A stretch of DNA of 64,000 nt from Candidatus Oxydemutatoraceae bacterium (GCA_965219575.1 OZ244779.1:492769-556768), one strand, 5' to 3'; positions 9,876-19,790 are shown, numbered from the stretch's first letter. Notes: generated from the sequence alone by a model not told the origin. Numbers and translations: made by a program.

Positions 9876-11006
9876 ATGAATAGAGAACTCGGTTTTGAAA
9901 ATTTAGAGAAGATTATGGGATGGGATGATGAAGATGCCCAGAAAGAATCCGATTGGCTTCGTTTTATGTCTAAATATAAGTACGATGATTATAGGGGATA
10001 TCTTGTTGGTGCAAGGTTTATTGAAAGTCTAGTTATCTGGCTTCAGCAATTTGAATCTAAGGATCAAAAAGCGGCTTATGAATATATAAAAGAAAACTTA
10101 ATTTATATCGGTCCTGCTGAAATACAACGACTTATTGGGAAATTTTTTTATGAAGAAGTGCAAAAAAATCTGAGAGAAAAAGTTGCCAAAACTCTGGGTG
10201 TTCCAGAGTATATGGTTTGGTCTTCAGAGAGAAGCGTGGATGAGTTTAAATCTGAAATTCGGAGAACATTGTTTATGGGGTTGAGTGATGGCGCACGTTT
10301 GGACTCCTTCAGAAGAGCTAATGCAGACATATCGAATGAGCAAGTTGTAATAACTACAGAGATTAATAATATCAAATGGGAGGACTTGCTTAAAGAGCTT
10401 GCCGATGACTCTAAAGATAAAGGTAAAGACAAGGAAAAACAAAAATTTGAGAGGGTTTATTTAATTGATGACTTTACTGCTTCTGGAACTAGTCTGATAA
10501 GGGAAGAAAAAAAAGAACTTAAAGGAAAATTAAAAAAGTTTGCCGATGCTCTAAAGCAAGCCCAAGAAAATTTAACAGAGCGTCTTTTTGTAAATAGATT
10601 TCAAATAATAGTCCACCATTATATTGGCACTTATCAAGCGAAGGAAAAAATTGAACAACTATATAATGAACCTTGGATTAAAAAAGAATTGGATATACCC
10701 GATATTCGATTTTCGTTTGGTATGCTTCTTCCTAAAGATATAAGGCTTATCCGCTCTTCCGAAGAGAAATTCGCAGATTTATGTAAAAAATATTACGATC
10801 ATTCTATATACGATGAGCACTTTAGAAAAAGTGGAGCTCCAGACGGAAAATTTGGATATGCTGAATGTGGCATCCCTCTAATCCTATATCACAATACACC
10901 CAATAATTCTCTTTCATTATTGTGGGCAGAAACTAAGGGGGATGAAGGGCATACTATGAAGCCCTTATTTAAAAGAGGACAACGTCATAAGGAATGGTCG
11001 GGATAA
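9876..11006 (+). CDS. Phosphoribosyltransferase-like protein (PRTase-CE-like)
   Basis: PRPP-loop-type motif VYLIDDFTASGTS; C-terminal FGY...L..YHNTPNNS..LLW...PLF.R. Confidence 0.75.
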   Translation: MNRELGFENLEKIMGWDDEDAQKESDWLRFMSKYKYDDYRGYLVGARFIESLVIWLQQFESKDQKAAYEYIKENLIYIGPAEIQRLIGKFFYEEVQKNLREKVAKTLGVPEYMVWSSERSVDEFKSEIRRTLFMGLSDGARLDSFRRANADISNEQVVITTEINNIKWEDLLKELADDSKDKGKDKEKQKFERVYLIDDFTASGTSLIREEKKELKGKLKKFADALKQAQENLTERLFVNRFQIIVHHYIGTYQAKEKIEQLYNEPWIKKELDIPDIRFSFGMLLPKDIRLIRSSEEKFADLCKKYYDHSIYDEHFRKSGAPDGKFGYAECGIPLILYHNTPNNSLSLLWAETKGDEGHTMKPLFKRGQRHKEWSG

Positions 11007-11010
11007 AATT

Positions 11011-12942
11011 ATGATTAATCCCTTCAAGAAAAGAGCCACTGAGTATTTGCGTGATGATGTGGCATTTTTGTCTGTCATTGCTCCGGAACCGTTGCATACA
11101 TTTTTTGAAAAGTATGCTAAAGAAGGGAAACTATATGACCGTCTTAGTATGATTGTTGGAACACCAGGAAGTGGCAAAACGATAATCTCACATCTACTAC
11201 AATATCAAACTGTTCAAACACTATTAGCAAATCCTCTTGCTGATCAATATAAACGATTAATTTATGCTCTCAGAGAATGTGGAATAATTGAAGTTTCAGA
11301 AAATACATTTTCTAGTACATTCGTTGGTTGTCGAATCCCGATGGAATCTGAATATAGAGACTTTTGGGAATTGCCCTATGACGACAATATCAAAATGGGA
11401 TTGCTCAAGTCCTTTTTACAGGCGCGCGCCATGCTTTCATGGTTAAAAAACATTGACATTGATCCTAATGTTGATCTTTTATCAGTAAAAATTCAGTTGC
11501 GTGAAGGTGCCGGTGTTGCCCAAAACAGTCTAGGGGGAAATGATGGCAAAAGCCTATTTGAAAAGGCTAGGGACATTGAGTCCTCTATATACGAAATAGA
11601 AACCGCTTTGGTGCCGCCCTCGGAAGAGAAATTGAGTAGTAACATTGCATCAGGATCTTATCGTCCTTTTGACGCAATAGAGTGTTTTGTTGTCAATAAA
11701 ACGGATGGTCCTGCTTCGCTAAGACCTATGGTAATGCTTGATGATATTCATACCTTACATCCTAAACAATTATCAAATTTAGTTAATTGGTTAGCAAAAA
11801 GAGAGATGAAAATTGCTAGATGGATATTTATGCGACTGGATACAATAACACCTAAATCTATCTTTTTAGGGGAACTACATACAAACTATGATGTTGAATA
11901 TGAATCACCCATCAAGCAGAGCAGAGAAATCACTTATATTTGGTTGCAAGATCTAGAAAATAGAAAAGAAGCACGATCCGAATTTCAAAAAATGGCACAA
12001 ACTATGGCAAATAAATATCTACAACGCATGCCAATATTTGACCGCCAAGGGTTAACGGATTTTTCCGGTCTTCTTAACAAAAAAGTTGAGCCTATTAGCG
12101 ACCCTAAAATGAACAAACTGAAAAATAGGGTTGAAAAATTTGTCTCTAAAATAAATATCCATGAACAAATTTATCAAAAATTTGAAAAGGATATTGAATC
12201 GTATTTTTTAGGTGCAAAAACTATTGATAACTCAAAGGACGTAAAGTTGGCAATGCTTTACATTATGCTGAATAGATACCTAAAAAGAGTGCCTCAAAGG
12301 AGCTTATTTGATCAACCAGAATTCAAGCCGATTAAACCTAGTTCTGGTTTAGTAGATGGTGCAAAGATATTTCTTATGCATGAGTATGATCGCCCATACT
12401 ATTATGGGGTAGATACTGTTTGTCGTGGGAGTTCCGAAAATGCAGAGCAGTTTCTGCAATTATCTAGCCGGCTTGTGGACAAGATGGAAACAAGGATAAT
12501 TAGATCTAAGCCCGCGAACTTGTCCCCAGATTATCAGCATAAATTACTTAAAGAGCGCGCAGAAGAGATAGTTAAAGAATGGGATTTTCCAAGGAGCCGT
12601 GAAGTTAAAAAGTTATGTAAACTTATGGCTAAAGAATGTTTGGAAAAGAGCCGCGAACCCAACGCTCCTTTGAATGGAGGGGCAAATGCTATTGGTATTC
12701 CACGGGATGAGTTTGAAAAAATACTATCGGAATCGCAATATTCAGAGTTGAGAGAAATTTTAAAGTTTGGAATGGCATATAATGCAATTACTATGAAGCC
12801 CAGGCACTCTACCAAAAATAAATTATGGACTCTAATAGAACTGTCTGGGCCGATGATTATTTTTTCTGGTCTGACATTATTTAGAGGTGGGTTTTTAGAG
12901 AGAACTGTAAACGATTTATTAAGCTGGCTTAAAGAAGAGTAA
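11011..12942 (+). CDS. P-loop ATPase (ORC/CDC6- or STAND-like)
   Basis: Walker A GTPGSGKT and Walker B VMLDD; N-terminal NPF..RATE. Confidence 0.75.
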   Translation: MINPFKKRATEYLRDDVAFLSVIAPEPLHTFFEKYAKEGKLYDRLSMIVGTPGSGKTIISHLLQYQTVQTLLANPLADQYKRLIYALRECGIIEVSENTFSSTFVGCRIPMESEYRDFWELPYDDNIKMGLLKSFLQARAMLSWLKNIDIDPNVDLLSVKIQLREGAGVAQNSLGGNDGKSLFEKARDIESSIYEIETALVPPSEEKLSSNIASGSYRPFDAIECFVVNKTDGPASLRPMVMLDDIHTLHPKQLSNLVNWLAKREMKIARWIFMRLDTITPKSIFLGELHTNYDVEYESPIKQSREITYIWLQDLENRKEARSEFQKMAQTMANKYLQRMPIFDRQGLTDFSGLLNKKVEPISDPKMNKLKNRVEKFVSKINIHEQIYQKFEKDIESYFLGAKTIDNSKDVKLAMLYIMLNRYLKRVPQRSLFDQPEFKPIKPSSGLVDGAKIFLMHEYDRPYYYGVDTVCRGSSENAEQFLQLSSRLVDKMETRIIRSKPANLSPDYQHKLLKERAEEIVKEWDFPRSREVKKLCKLMAKECLEKSREPNAPLNGGANAIGIPRDEFEKILSESQYSELREILKFGMAYNAITMKPRHSTKNKLWTLIELSGPMIIFSGLTLFRGGFLERTVNDLLSWLKEE

Positions 12943-12944
12943 AC

Positions 12945-14087
12945 ATGACTGTCTCCTCTGGAGGGAATGGAAATAGATGGGAATTATGTATCGACCACTA
13001 CGACGATGCAGTGTCCGAATTTTTTGAGCAACACTTTTCGGAAGAACATAGGGAGTGCCTTTTCATTGGAAGCGTAGGATTTGATCCTAGAAGTAACATC
13101 ATAGTTAAAGAATTATGCTCTATTATGGAAGAGCGTTTACATATTATCTTACTGGAAGAGATACGTTCTAGCTCCGATTTAGAGTTAGTAAAAAGAACAA
13201 AGGGAAATATAGCCGAAGCTAAAAACCTATCTTCCCAAACCAAAGTTTTAGAAATAAATATATTTTCAGAACATGATGGGGCTGTAGTTGGAGGTATCGG
13301 TATTCTCAATCGCATAAAAGAAATAGATATTACTAACTATGCTGATATTGTTATTGATATGAGTGTATTTTCTGTTGGTGTCAGCTTCCCTCTCGTTAAA
13401 TATATTTATGAATGGGCAAATAACGCTAAAAAGCCCGTTAATGTTCATTTGACATTTACTTCTAATAACGAACTAGATTCTTACATATCTGAATCTTCGA
13501 CTTTAACTGATTATGCAACCAATGTTAGAGGATTCCCAACCCCCAATTTGTTGGGGGCAGGAGAAAAAGCGAAACTTTGGCTTCCTCTAATGTCTACCGA
13601 TAAAGAGAGGATTTTGAGTAAAATTTATGATAGAACAAAACCGCATGATATCTTTCCTATTTTTCCATTTCCATCAGAAGATCCTAGAGAAGGAGACAAA
13701 CTTGCCGCTATTTATTATAGGGAAGAGTTAGGAAGCCTTTGGGAAGTTGACCCACAAGATTTTATATATACAGACGAAGAAAGACCTCTGGATATTTACC
13801 GAACTATTATGAGAATTAATGAAGACCGTGAACTGGTATTTAAGACATTTGGCGGATCAATGCTAATTTTATCTCCTCTAGGTAGTAGAATGCCAGCTAT
13901 TGGTATGTTGATGGCTGCACTAGAAGGCGGGTTTCCTGTCGTGTATGTTGAGACATTAAATTATCATGTCGAGGATTGGGGAAAAGTTGATGAAACATCA
14001 CAGGAGGAGAATATGGAAATTGCCCATTTTTGGCTTTACGGGGAAGCCTATTATAATGACAAAAAGAAATTTGAATCCTTGAAATAA
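12945..14087 (+). CDS. Hypothetical alpha/beta protein of the PRTase-ATPase operon (possibly CARF-like)
   Basis: 380 aa, 2 bp after the ATPase; FIGSVGFDPRS, IVIDMSVF and LSPLGSR..AIG segments; fold guess is inference only. Confidence 0.6.
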   Translation: MTVSSGGNGNRWELCIDHYDDAVSEFFEQHFSEEHRECLFIGSVGFDPRSNIIVKELCSIMEERLHIILLEEIRSSSDLELVKRTKGNIAEAKNLSSQTKVLEINIFSEHDGAVVGGIGILNRIKEIDITNYADIVIDMSVFSVGVSFPLVKYIYEWANNAKKPVNVHLTFTSNNELDSYISESSTLTDYATNVRGFPTPNLLGAGEKAKLWLPLMSTDKERILSKIYDRTKPHDIFPIFPFPSEDPREGDKLAAIYYREELGSLWEVDPQDFIYTDEERPLDIYRTIMRINEDRELVFKTFGGSMLILSPLGSRMPAIGMLMAALEGGFPVVYVETLNYHVEDWGKVDETSQEENMEIAHFWLYGEAYYNDKKKFESLK

Positions 14088-14098
14088 ACAAGTGGATT

Positions 14099-15148
14099 AT
14101 GAATAGATACCTACCAAGCGTTTATGGCACAGGCTTAGTTTCGCTAGACATTATTATAAGTATGCGCCCCGAAGAGCATTATCACTGGTCTGGTGGTACA
14201 TGTGGCAATGTTCTGACCATATTAAGTTATTTAGGATGGGAATCTTTTCCTATCGCTCGGTTAAATTCCGATGCTGCCTCAGTTCGTGTGAGAGCAGATA
14301 TGGAACGCTGGAATGTTCGCTTAGATTATGCCGAGCAATCACCTACGACCAGTACTCCGATTATTGTCCAAGAGAATTCGATCAATAGGCAGGGGCTATC
14401 CGTTCACAAATTTCACTGCAGACAGTGTCCTAGATGCGGCGCAGGGCTTCCAAATCACAAGGCAGTTACTCTTTCGGCTACTGAGCGGATAAAAGATGAT
14501 GTCTCGCAAGGAACCCTTTTCTTTTTTGATAGAACCTCTCCCGGTGCCATTAATCTTGCAAAACACTTCAAACGTATTGGGGCAATTATATTTTTTGAAC
14601 CATCTGCCAAGTCGGACTTAAGACAGTTAAAGCAGGCTCTAATGCTTGCAGACATCGTTAAATATTCGGATAAAAGATATCTTGAGCCAATGTCGGATAT
14701 CAAAGGTGCCACTTCTGCTTTCCTTGAGATTCATACTCTGGGGAGTGAGGGTTTGCGATATAGAACCCATGCCTCAAGCAGACTTAGTAGAAGATGGAAG
14801 AGATTACGGACTTTTCAGGCACGGCAATTCAAAGATAGCTGTGGTTGTGGTGATTGGACAAGTGCTGGTTTAATATCAAAGCTTTGTAATAGAAAAGCAG
14901 CACGCTTGAGAGGGGTATCAGAAAATTCCGTTATTACCGCACTAAATTATGGACAGGCTTTAGCGGTGTGGAACTGTGATTTTGAAGGTGCTAGGGGAGG
15001 AATGTATCAAGTAAAAAAACTTACATTTAAGAAACATATTCAACAAATACTTAAAGCTGGTGTTCTAAAAAGAGGAAATCGTACAAAAACACTAGAAAGC
15101 GAAATTTTTGATAGTGAAAGTTGTTGCTGCTACAGCTTAAGTGCATAA
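14099..15148 (+). CDS. PfkB/ribokinase-family carbohydrate kinase with a Cys-rich insert
   Basis: GGTCGNV...LSYLG and DSCGCGD (PfkB DxxGxGD signature); CRQCPRCG insert. Confidence 0.85.
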   Translation: MNRYLPSVYGTGLVSLDIIISMRPEEHYHWSGGTCGNVLTILSYLGWESFPIARLNSDAASVRVRADMERWNVRLDYAEQSPTTSTPIIVQENSINRQGLSVHKFHCRQCPRCGAGLPNHKAVTLSATERIKDDVSQGTLFFFDRTSPGAINLAKHFKRIGAIIFFEPSAKSDLRQLKQALMLADIVKYSDKRYLEPMSDIKGATSAFLEIHTLGSEGLRYRTHASSRLSRRWKRLRTFQARQFKDSCGCGDWTSAGLISKLCNRKAARLRGVSENSVITALNYGQALAVWNCDFEGARGGMYQVKKLTFKKHIQQILKAGVLKRGNRTKTLESEIFDSESCCCYSLSA

Positions 15149-15171
15149 GCCTTTTGATTGGCGGGAGTAGA

Positions 15172-15276
15172 AAACATTCTCCCCAAATTTAGTACTAATA
15201 CTAAAGTTAGATTCCCCGATTAACTGGCAGCATAAAAACTAACTTTTTAGACGGACCTAAAAATGGGGTAACGTCA
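15172..15276. mobile_element. ~105-bp miniature derivative of the IS3 at 28721-29934
   Basis: Left part ATTCTCCCCAAATTTAGTACTAATACTAAAGTTAG and right part AAAATGGGGTAACGTCA resemble the reverse complements of the two ends of the full IS3. Confidence 0.7.
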
Positions 15277-15376
15277 TTCCGAGCGGTAATTTCTCAACAG
15301 CCACCCTCGGCAACTGCCCCATGCAAAGGCTTTACATTTATAATATGTGTTAGGGTTTTGCACGGGATAGCGTCGA

Positions 15377-18300
15377 TTGAATATTTTGGTTTTGAGGATT
15401 TTAGCGAAAGTTCTAGCGATATTCTTTTTGGGGGCAGGCATGCAGTCGGTTACCGCACAATCACAGGAAATGGGCGATCCGCTATACGATCGGCAATGGC
15501 ATCTTGAAAATACCGGGAGAAATACCAGCCAAGGCATTCCCGGCGAGGATATCAATGTAGAACCAGTTTGGAATACAACGCTTACGAATGGGGTAAAAAT
15601 AAGAGGGCAAGGTACATACATTGCCATAGTAGACGGAGATTTACCCATTGCAAGGCAATCTACTATAACCGAGCTGTTGGCTCACCCGGATCTAATAGAA
15701 AATATATCAACTCGGCACAGCGTTGATTATTATCCTTCGGTGATCGATGACGATAGTCATGCTACCGCCGTAGCGGGTATTGCTGCGGGGCGTGGTTATA
15801 ACGCAATAGGTGTTAGGGGTGTGGCACCTTGGGCAAAAGTTTATAGCTTGAATATTTTAGGATTACCTAACGGTAATAGGAGTATTTCGAGAATTATTGA
15901 GAGGTCGGTTGGCTTAGATGCAATGGTTCGCCACACCACAATAACCTCGGTTTCCAATAACAGTTGGGGGAGTCTGGATCCCTTTAGACCGTCCGGTGAC
16001 GCTCTTGTCGCATGGGAAATGGCAATAGAAACCGGCATTAGGAATGGGTTCCATGGCAAAGGAACAGTCTACACTTGGGCCGGCGGAAACGGGAGTTGTA
16101 TTAGCAGAAGAATAGCGTCTAACCGCTATGAACAAGTTTGTAACATAGACACTTCAAATTATGACGGCAGGGCAAAGTATCATGCAGTCGTTGCCGTATG
16201 TTCGGTGGATAATCAAGGAAGACATCTTGCGTTCTCGGAACTTGGTGCCAATTTATGGGTTTGCGCCCCATCGCGAGGGATTACTACAACTTCTAGAGGT
16301 AGGAGGGTCATTATTAGAGATAGGACTATTATTTCAACCTATAGGCATGACTTATACACGACATCGTTCGGCGGAACCTCTGCTTCAACTCCAATGGTCA
16401 GCGGTGTGGTGGCATTGATACGACAAGTCAACCCGAGTCTTAGCTGGCGCGATGTAAAATTAATTCTGGCTAATTCCGCAAGGCAAAACGACCCCGAGGA
16501 CGATGACTGGGCACAAGGTGCCGTAAAGTATGGTTTATCCGGCGATGAGGACGAGGCGCGATATCACTTTAACCACAAATATGGATTCGGTGTTGTCGAT
16601 GCACAAAAGGCGGTTGAACTGGCGCAAGGGTGGATCAATCTCCCTCCCGTAGCAACAACATATACCGAAGTAATCAACCGCAATATAGACCTTAGGCTAA
16701 GTGCCGATAATCTCGTTATTAATAGCAGTATATCCGTGCAGTCCGATATCAATTTTATCGAGCATGTGCAGGTTCCTATCGGATTAACACACCCTCTAAT
16801 CCAAGATTTAAGCGTTGAATTGACCTCACCTTCGGGTGTTACTTCAGACCTAATAATACCATCCACTTATCCCATCAGTAGTACTAGTTCATACGCAATC
16901 GGTGTTAGCGGCTTTTGGCGTTTCGGTTCAAGCGCGCATTTAGGCGAAGATCCGTCGGGGGTTTGGAGGTTAAGATTTGAAAGCACTAGGCCTACAACCG
17001 GCACTTTGATTACATGGGGAGTTAGAATACGCGGCTATCAAATAAAAATGGATGCTACCTCCGCCGTCGGGTTATCAGGCAAAAATGTAGTCGAAACTCC
17101 GCTGCCCTTGTCTTTGATCGGTGCAAGTTGGGAAGAAGATTTGCAGCCCGAAGATTTTAGGCTGAAAAATGCGCCGACAGGATTGCGCATTGCAAGTGTA
17201 AGTCGTACTTCCGATACACAGGTTGCGCTGAATCTTGCGTTGGATGGGAGGCTTGCGAGGGACTACCTCTTTCAAGTCGAAGCAACGACAAGTACGGTTC
17301 CAAACATCAGAAACTCACTTATTAGCGACGACATATCAATCGTATTGGAAGTGCCCGAAGCACCGCTGCTAGAAATTACTGCTCAACCGGAGCAAGCGAT
17401 AGAAGCGGGAAATAGCGCAGAGGTAGAAGTCTCGGTGGCAGATAATAATTTTGATGTCGGCGATCGTGTCACATTGACGGCGGAGTCATCGAGCCGAACG
17501 ATTGTGTCGGTGACGACATCGGCGAAAACCGATGAGATAACGACTAATACGAGCATTACCTTCATGCTGACCGCTGTGCAAGGTGGAGAAGCGATGGTTA
17601 CATTTACCGCAACCGATAGTAGAGGATTGAGCGTTAGCAAGACGATATTGGTACGTGTTGATGCAATGCCGACCGGTCGTGTCGGCATAACACCGGACAG
17701 CGATGATAGATGGTTGCTACATGGGACTTCAACGATAATGGATGCAAACGGCATCGCCGAGAAAAATTATCGGTGGTATAGAAACGATCGAATAATAAGT
17801 GGAGCAACCGGTGATAGCTATGAGATACCGGACAATAGAAATGGACGAGCCACAGGAACACGCTATAGATTAGAAGTATCGGTTGTGGACAATATAGGAC
17901 AATCGGTGACCACTCAATCCAATACGATCACGGTCGCAAACGAAGCACCCGTTATTGATGGACAGATTACTGCTTTGCCGTCTCCGGTGGAGGAAGGTCG
18001 GGAAACAGTAATCACTGTTCCCGCCGGAGATGCAAACTACGATAGCTTGACTTATAGCTGGAGTGCGACCGGTGAGCATAGCGGAATAAATATATCCGGA
18101 AACCCGGCAACATTGATCATTCCGCCCGACTTTGTAGATGCTGCATCCACCGAGACAACGGCGAACTTGGAAGTAGTGGTGGATGACGGATCTGCCGCCA
18201 CGACAGGAATGGTGTCGGTGGTGGTACACAAGATAAATAATGGTTCTTTGACTTTAAGAATTTCCATAGCGGTAGGAAGTCGTGCGACAACATTAACGGC

Positions 18301-18637
18301 AGAGGTGTTATCCGACGACCCCGACGGTGGAACGAGCGGGACTGTGGTGTATCAATGGCAAGTATGTGAAGGGAGTAGAGGACGTTGTCCGCCGCCGCAG
18401 CAATGGCAGAATATTGATGAAGCCACTCAAACACAGTACATCATATCGGGTTCTAGCATTTTAGTAGGAAACAATCGATTCTCTCTGGTAGAAGACAGTA
18501 GCATATTTCGCATTCAAGCAACTTATCGCGACGGTCAAGGTTATCAAGAGAATGTTCGCTCGGCAGAACGTATTTATACGACTCGCCCGGTACTTAGGAT
18601 TCGCTCTAAAGTATTTTTGGAGGGTCCTCTCCAATAG
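15377..18637 (+). CDS. Secreted S8 subtilase (kexin-like, with P-domain) followed by Ig-like repeats
   Basis: Signal peptide; catalytic IVDGD, HATAVAG and GGTSASTP; oxyanion AGGNG; YGFGVVDA; P-domain GEDPSGVWRL; Thr/Ser-rich beta repeats; ends LRIRSKVFLEGPLQ. Confidence 0.9.
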   Translation: MNILVLRILAKVLAIFFLGAGMQSVTAQSQEMGDPLYDRQWHLENTGRNTSQGIPGEDINVEPVWNTTLTNGVKIRGQGTYIAIVDGDLPIARQSTITELLAHPDLIENISTRHSVDYYPSVIDDDSHATAVAGIAAGRGYNAIGVRGVAPWAKVYSLNILGLPNGNRSISRIIERSVGLDAMVRHTTITSVSNNSWGSLDPFRPSGDALVAWEMAIETGIRNGFHGKGTVYTWAGGNGSCISRRIASNRYEQVCNIDTSNYDGRAKYHAVVAVCSVDNQGRHLAFSELGANLWVCAPSRGITTTSRGRRVIIRDRTIISTYRHDLYTTSFGGTSASTPMVSGVVALIRQVNPSLSWRDVKLILANSARQNDPEDDDWAQGAVKYGLSGDEDEARYHFNHKYGFGVVDAQKAVELAQGWINLPPVATTYTEVINRNIDLRLSADNLVINSSISVQSDINFIEHVQVPIGLTHPLIQDLSVELTSPSGVTSDLIIPSTYPISSTSSYAIGVSGFWRFGSSAHLGEDPSGVWRLRFESTRPTTGTLITWGVRIRGYQIKMDATSAVGLSGKNVVETPLPLSLIGASWEEDLQPEDFRLKNAPTGLRIASVSRTSDTQVALNLALDGRLARDYLFQVEATTSTVPNIRNSLISDDISIVLEVPEAPLLEITAQPEQAIEAGNSAEVEVSVADNNFDVGDRVTLTAESSSRTIVSVTTSAKTDEITTNTSITFMLTAVQGGEAMVTFTATDSRGLSVSKTILVRVDAMPTGRVGITPDSDDRWLLHGTSTIMDANGIAEKNYRWYRNDRIISGATGDSYEIPDNRNGRATGTRYRLEVSVVDNIGQSVTTQSNTITVANEAPVIDGQITALPSPVEEGRETVITVPAGDANYDSLTYSWSATGEHSGINISGNPATLIIPPDFVDAASTETTANLEVVVDDGSAATTGMVSVVVHKINNGSLTLRISIAVGSRATTLTAEVLSDDPDGGTSGTVVYQWQVCEGSRGRCPPPQQWQNIDEATQTQYIISGSSILVGNNRFSLVEDSSIFRIQATYRDGQGYQENVRSAERIYTTRPVLRIRSKVFLEGPLQ

Positions 18638-18889
18638 AACTGCCGATTGAGACGGTAGGTCAATCGGCAATTTAATTTTAGTCCGCCCGTAACGCGTTGG
18701 CCGGCACGATTTATACATTCATCCATTCAATTTATGGAAACCAAAACCATACGGCGCAAGCGGTTGGTGTCGTGCAGAACGGTACTTAAGGGCAGACACA
18801 CAGGTCTGCCCCTACGGCTTGGTGGTTATTATAAATTCACGGCGCAAGCGGTTACGGTTGCACGCTGACGATACTTTTTCAACAGCCCC
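18638..18889. repeat. Modular dispersed repeat (REP-like hairpins and a TTTTTCAACAGCCCC end)
   Basis: Contains GCCGATTGA-N9-TCAATCGGC, AGGGCAGAC..GTCTGCCCCTAC and the ATTTATGGAAACCAAAACC module shared with other copies. Confidence 0.8.
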
Positions 18890-18890
18890 A

Positions 18891-18955
18891 TTTCTTTTCT
18901 TTGGGCGTAGGCTTGTCAAAGCGCACTCGGAAAAAACCGTCGTCTAAGCGATTTA
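18891..18955 (-). pseudogene. Fragment homologous to the AAA ATPase gene at 26286-27476
   Basis: TTCTTTTCTTTGGGCGT..GC.TGTCAAAGCGCAC.CGGAAAAAACC.TCGTCTAAGCGATT matches ~26491-26552. Confidence 0.7.
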
Positions 18956-18959
18956 CTGT

Positions 18960-19217
18960 GATACTTATCCTCGCTGCCCGAAAATGAATGCCGTAGATGA
19001 GAGATTTAACCGCACTATTCAAGAAGAGTTTGTCATCTACCATGATGATATTTTAATGAGTGATTTATTGTTGTTAAACGATGTATTATTTGAATATCTT
19101 AGTCGGTATAACTTCAGGAGACCGCACCAAAGTCTAGCCTATAAAACACCGGCACAACAGCTTGCTTCCTTTTGCCCTCATTTGTCCAATATGTCATGGC
19201 ATCGTATAGTTTATTGA
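18960..19217 (+). pseudogene. C-terminal fragment of an integrase-core (IS481-like) transposase
   Basis: YPRCPKMNAVDERFNRTIQEEF...YNFRRPHQSLAYKTP; N-terminal half missing. Confidence 0.8.
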
Positions 19218-19288
19218 CAAATAGAAATTTCCTATTACAATTAACTTTTATGAAAGAGCAGCTATATATGAAAATTCTGGAAAAGTAG
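19214..19288 (+). promoter_or_regulatory. Diverged copy of the 606-680 promoter and gene start
   Basis: TTGACA-16 bp-TACAAT, then ATG 19250 encoding MKEQLYMKILEK* (compare MKEQLYTKILEE at 642). Confidence 0.75.
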
Positions 19289-19298
19289 AGAGAAAATT

Positions 19299-19523
19299 AT
19301 GACGAAAACTCCAATGCAATTGATAGTGACCATTCTTGTGATAGTTGGTGCCCTTAACTGGGGAATATTTGGTTTATCCCAATTATTCGGTTCTAGTGGT
19401 TGGGACCTAGTAACATGGTTACTTGGATCTATTCCTGTGCTAAAAAGCATAGTATTTGTGGTTGTTGGTTTAGCAGGTTTGTTCGCAATTGTTCAAGTTG
19501 CACAGTCCTATAAATCAGAATAA
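19299..19523 (+). CDS. DUF378-like small membrane protein
   Basis: LVIVGALNWGIFGL...DLVTWLLG...VVGLAGL pattern. Confidence 0.8.
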   Translation: MTKTPMQLIVTILVIVGALNWGIFGLSQLFGSSGWDLVTWLLGSIPVLKSIVFVVVGLAGLFAIVQVAQSYKSE

Positions 19524-19567
19524 ATGCACGGTTAATTAGACCTTAACTGGTTTATATTCAGGCGGTG

Positions 19568-19790
19568 CCTTCGCATCACCGCTCTAACGAATCGTACTCA
19601 TTAAACGGTCATGAGCGATGGCATGAAAGAAATTGCCGGCGATGGCGTATCCGGCATCATCGCTCTAATCTTCGGACAAGCCCAAAGTAGCAATAACCAT
19701 GCCCATATCAAATTCATGCCTCTTGAGTTTTCCCATCCTGATACCCAGCTATAATCGGTGAACCGGTAAATAGCGTTTGGGGTGGTTGTA
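19568..19790 (-). pseudogene. Degenerate, internally deleted fragment of a paralog of the GHKL gene at 22071-23915
   Basis: DNA aligns by eye with ~23096-23255 and ~23360-23410 (LFTGSPIIAGYQD vs LFTGSPILAGHQD). Confidence 0.75.
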
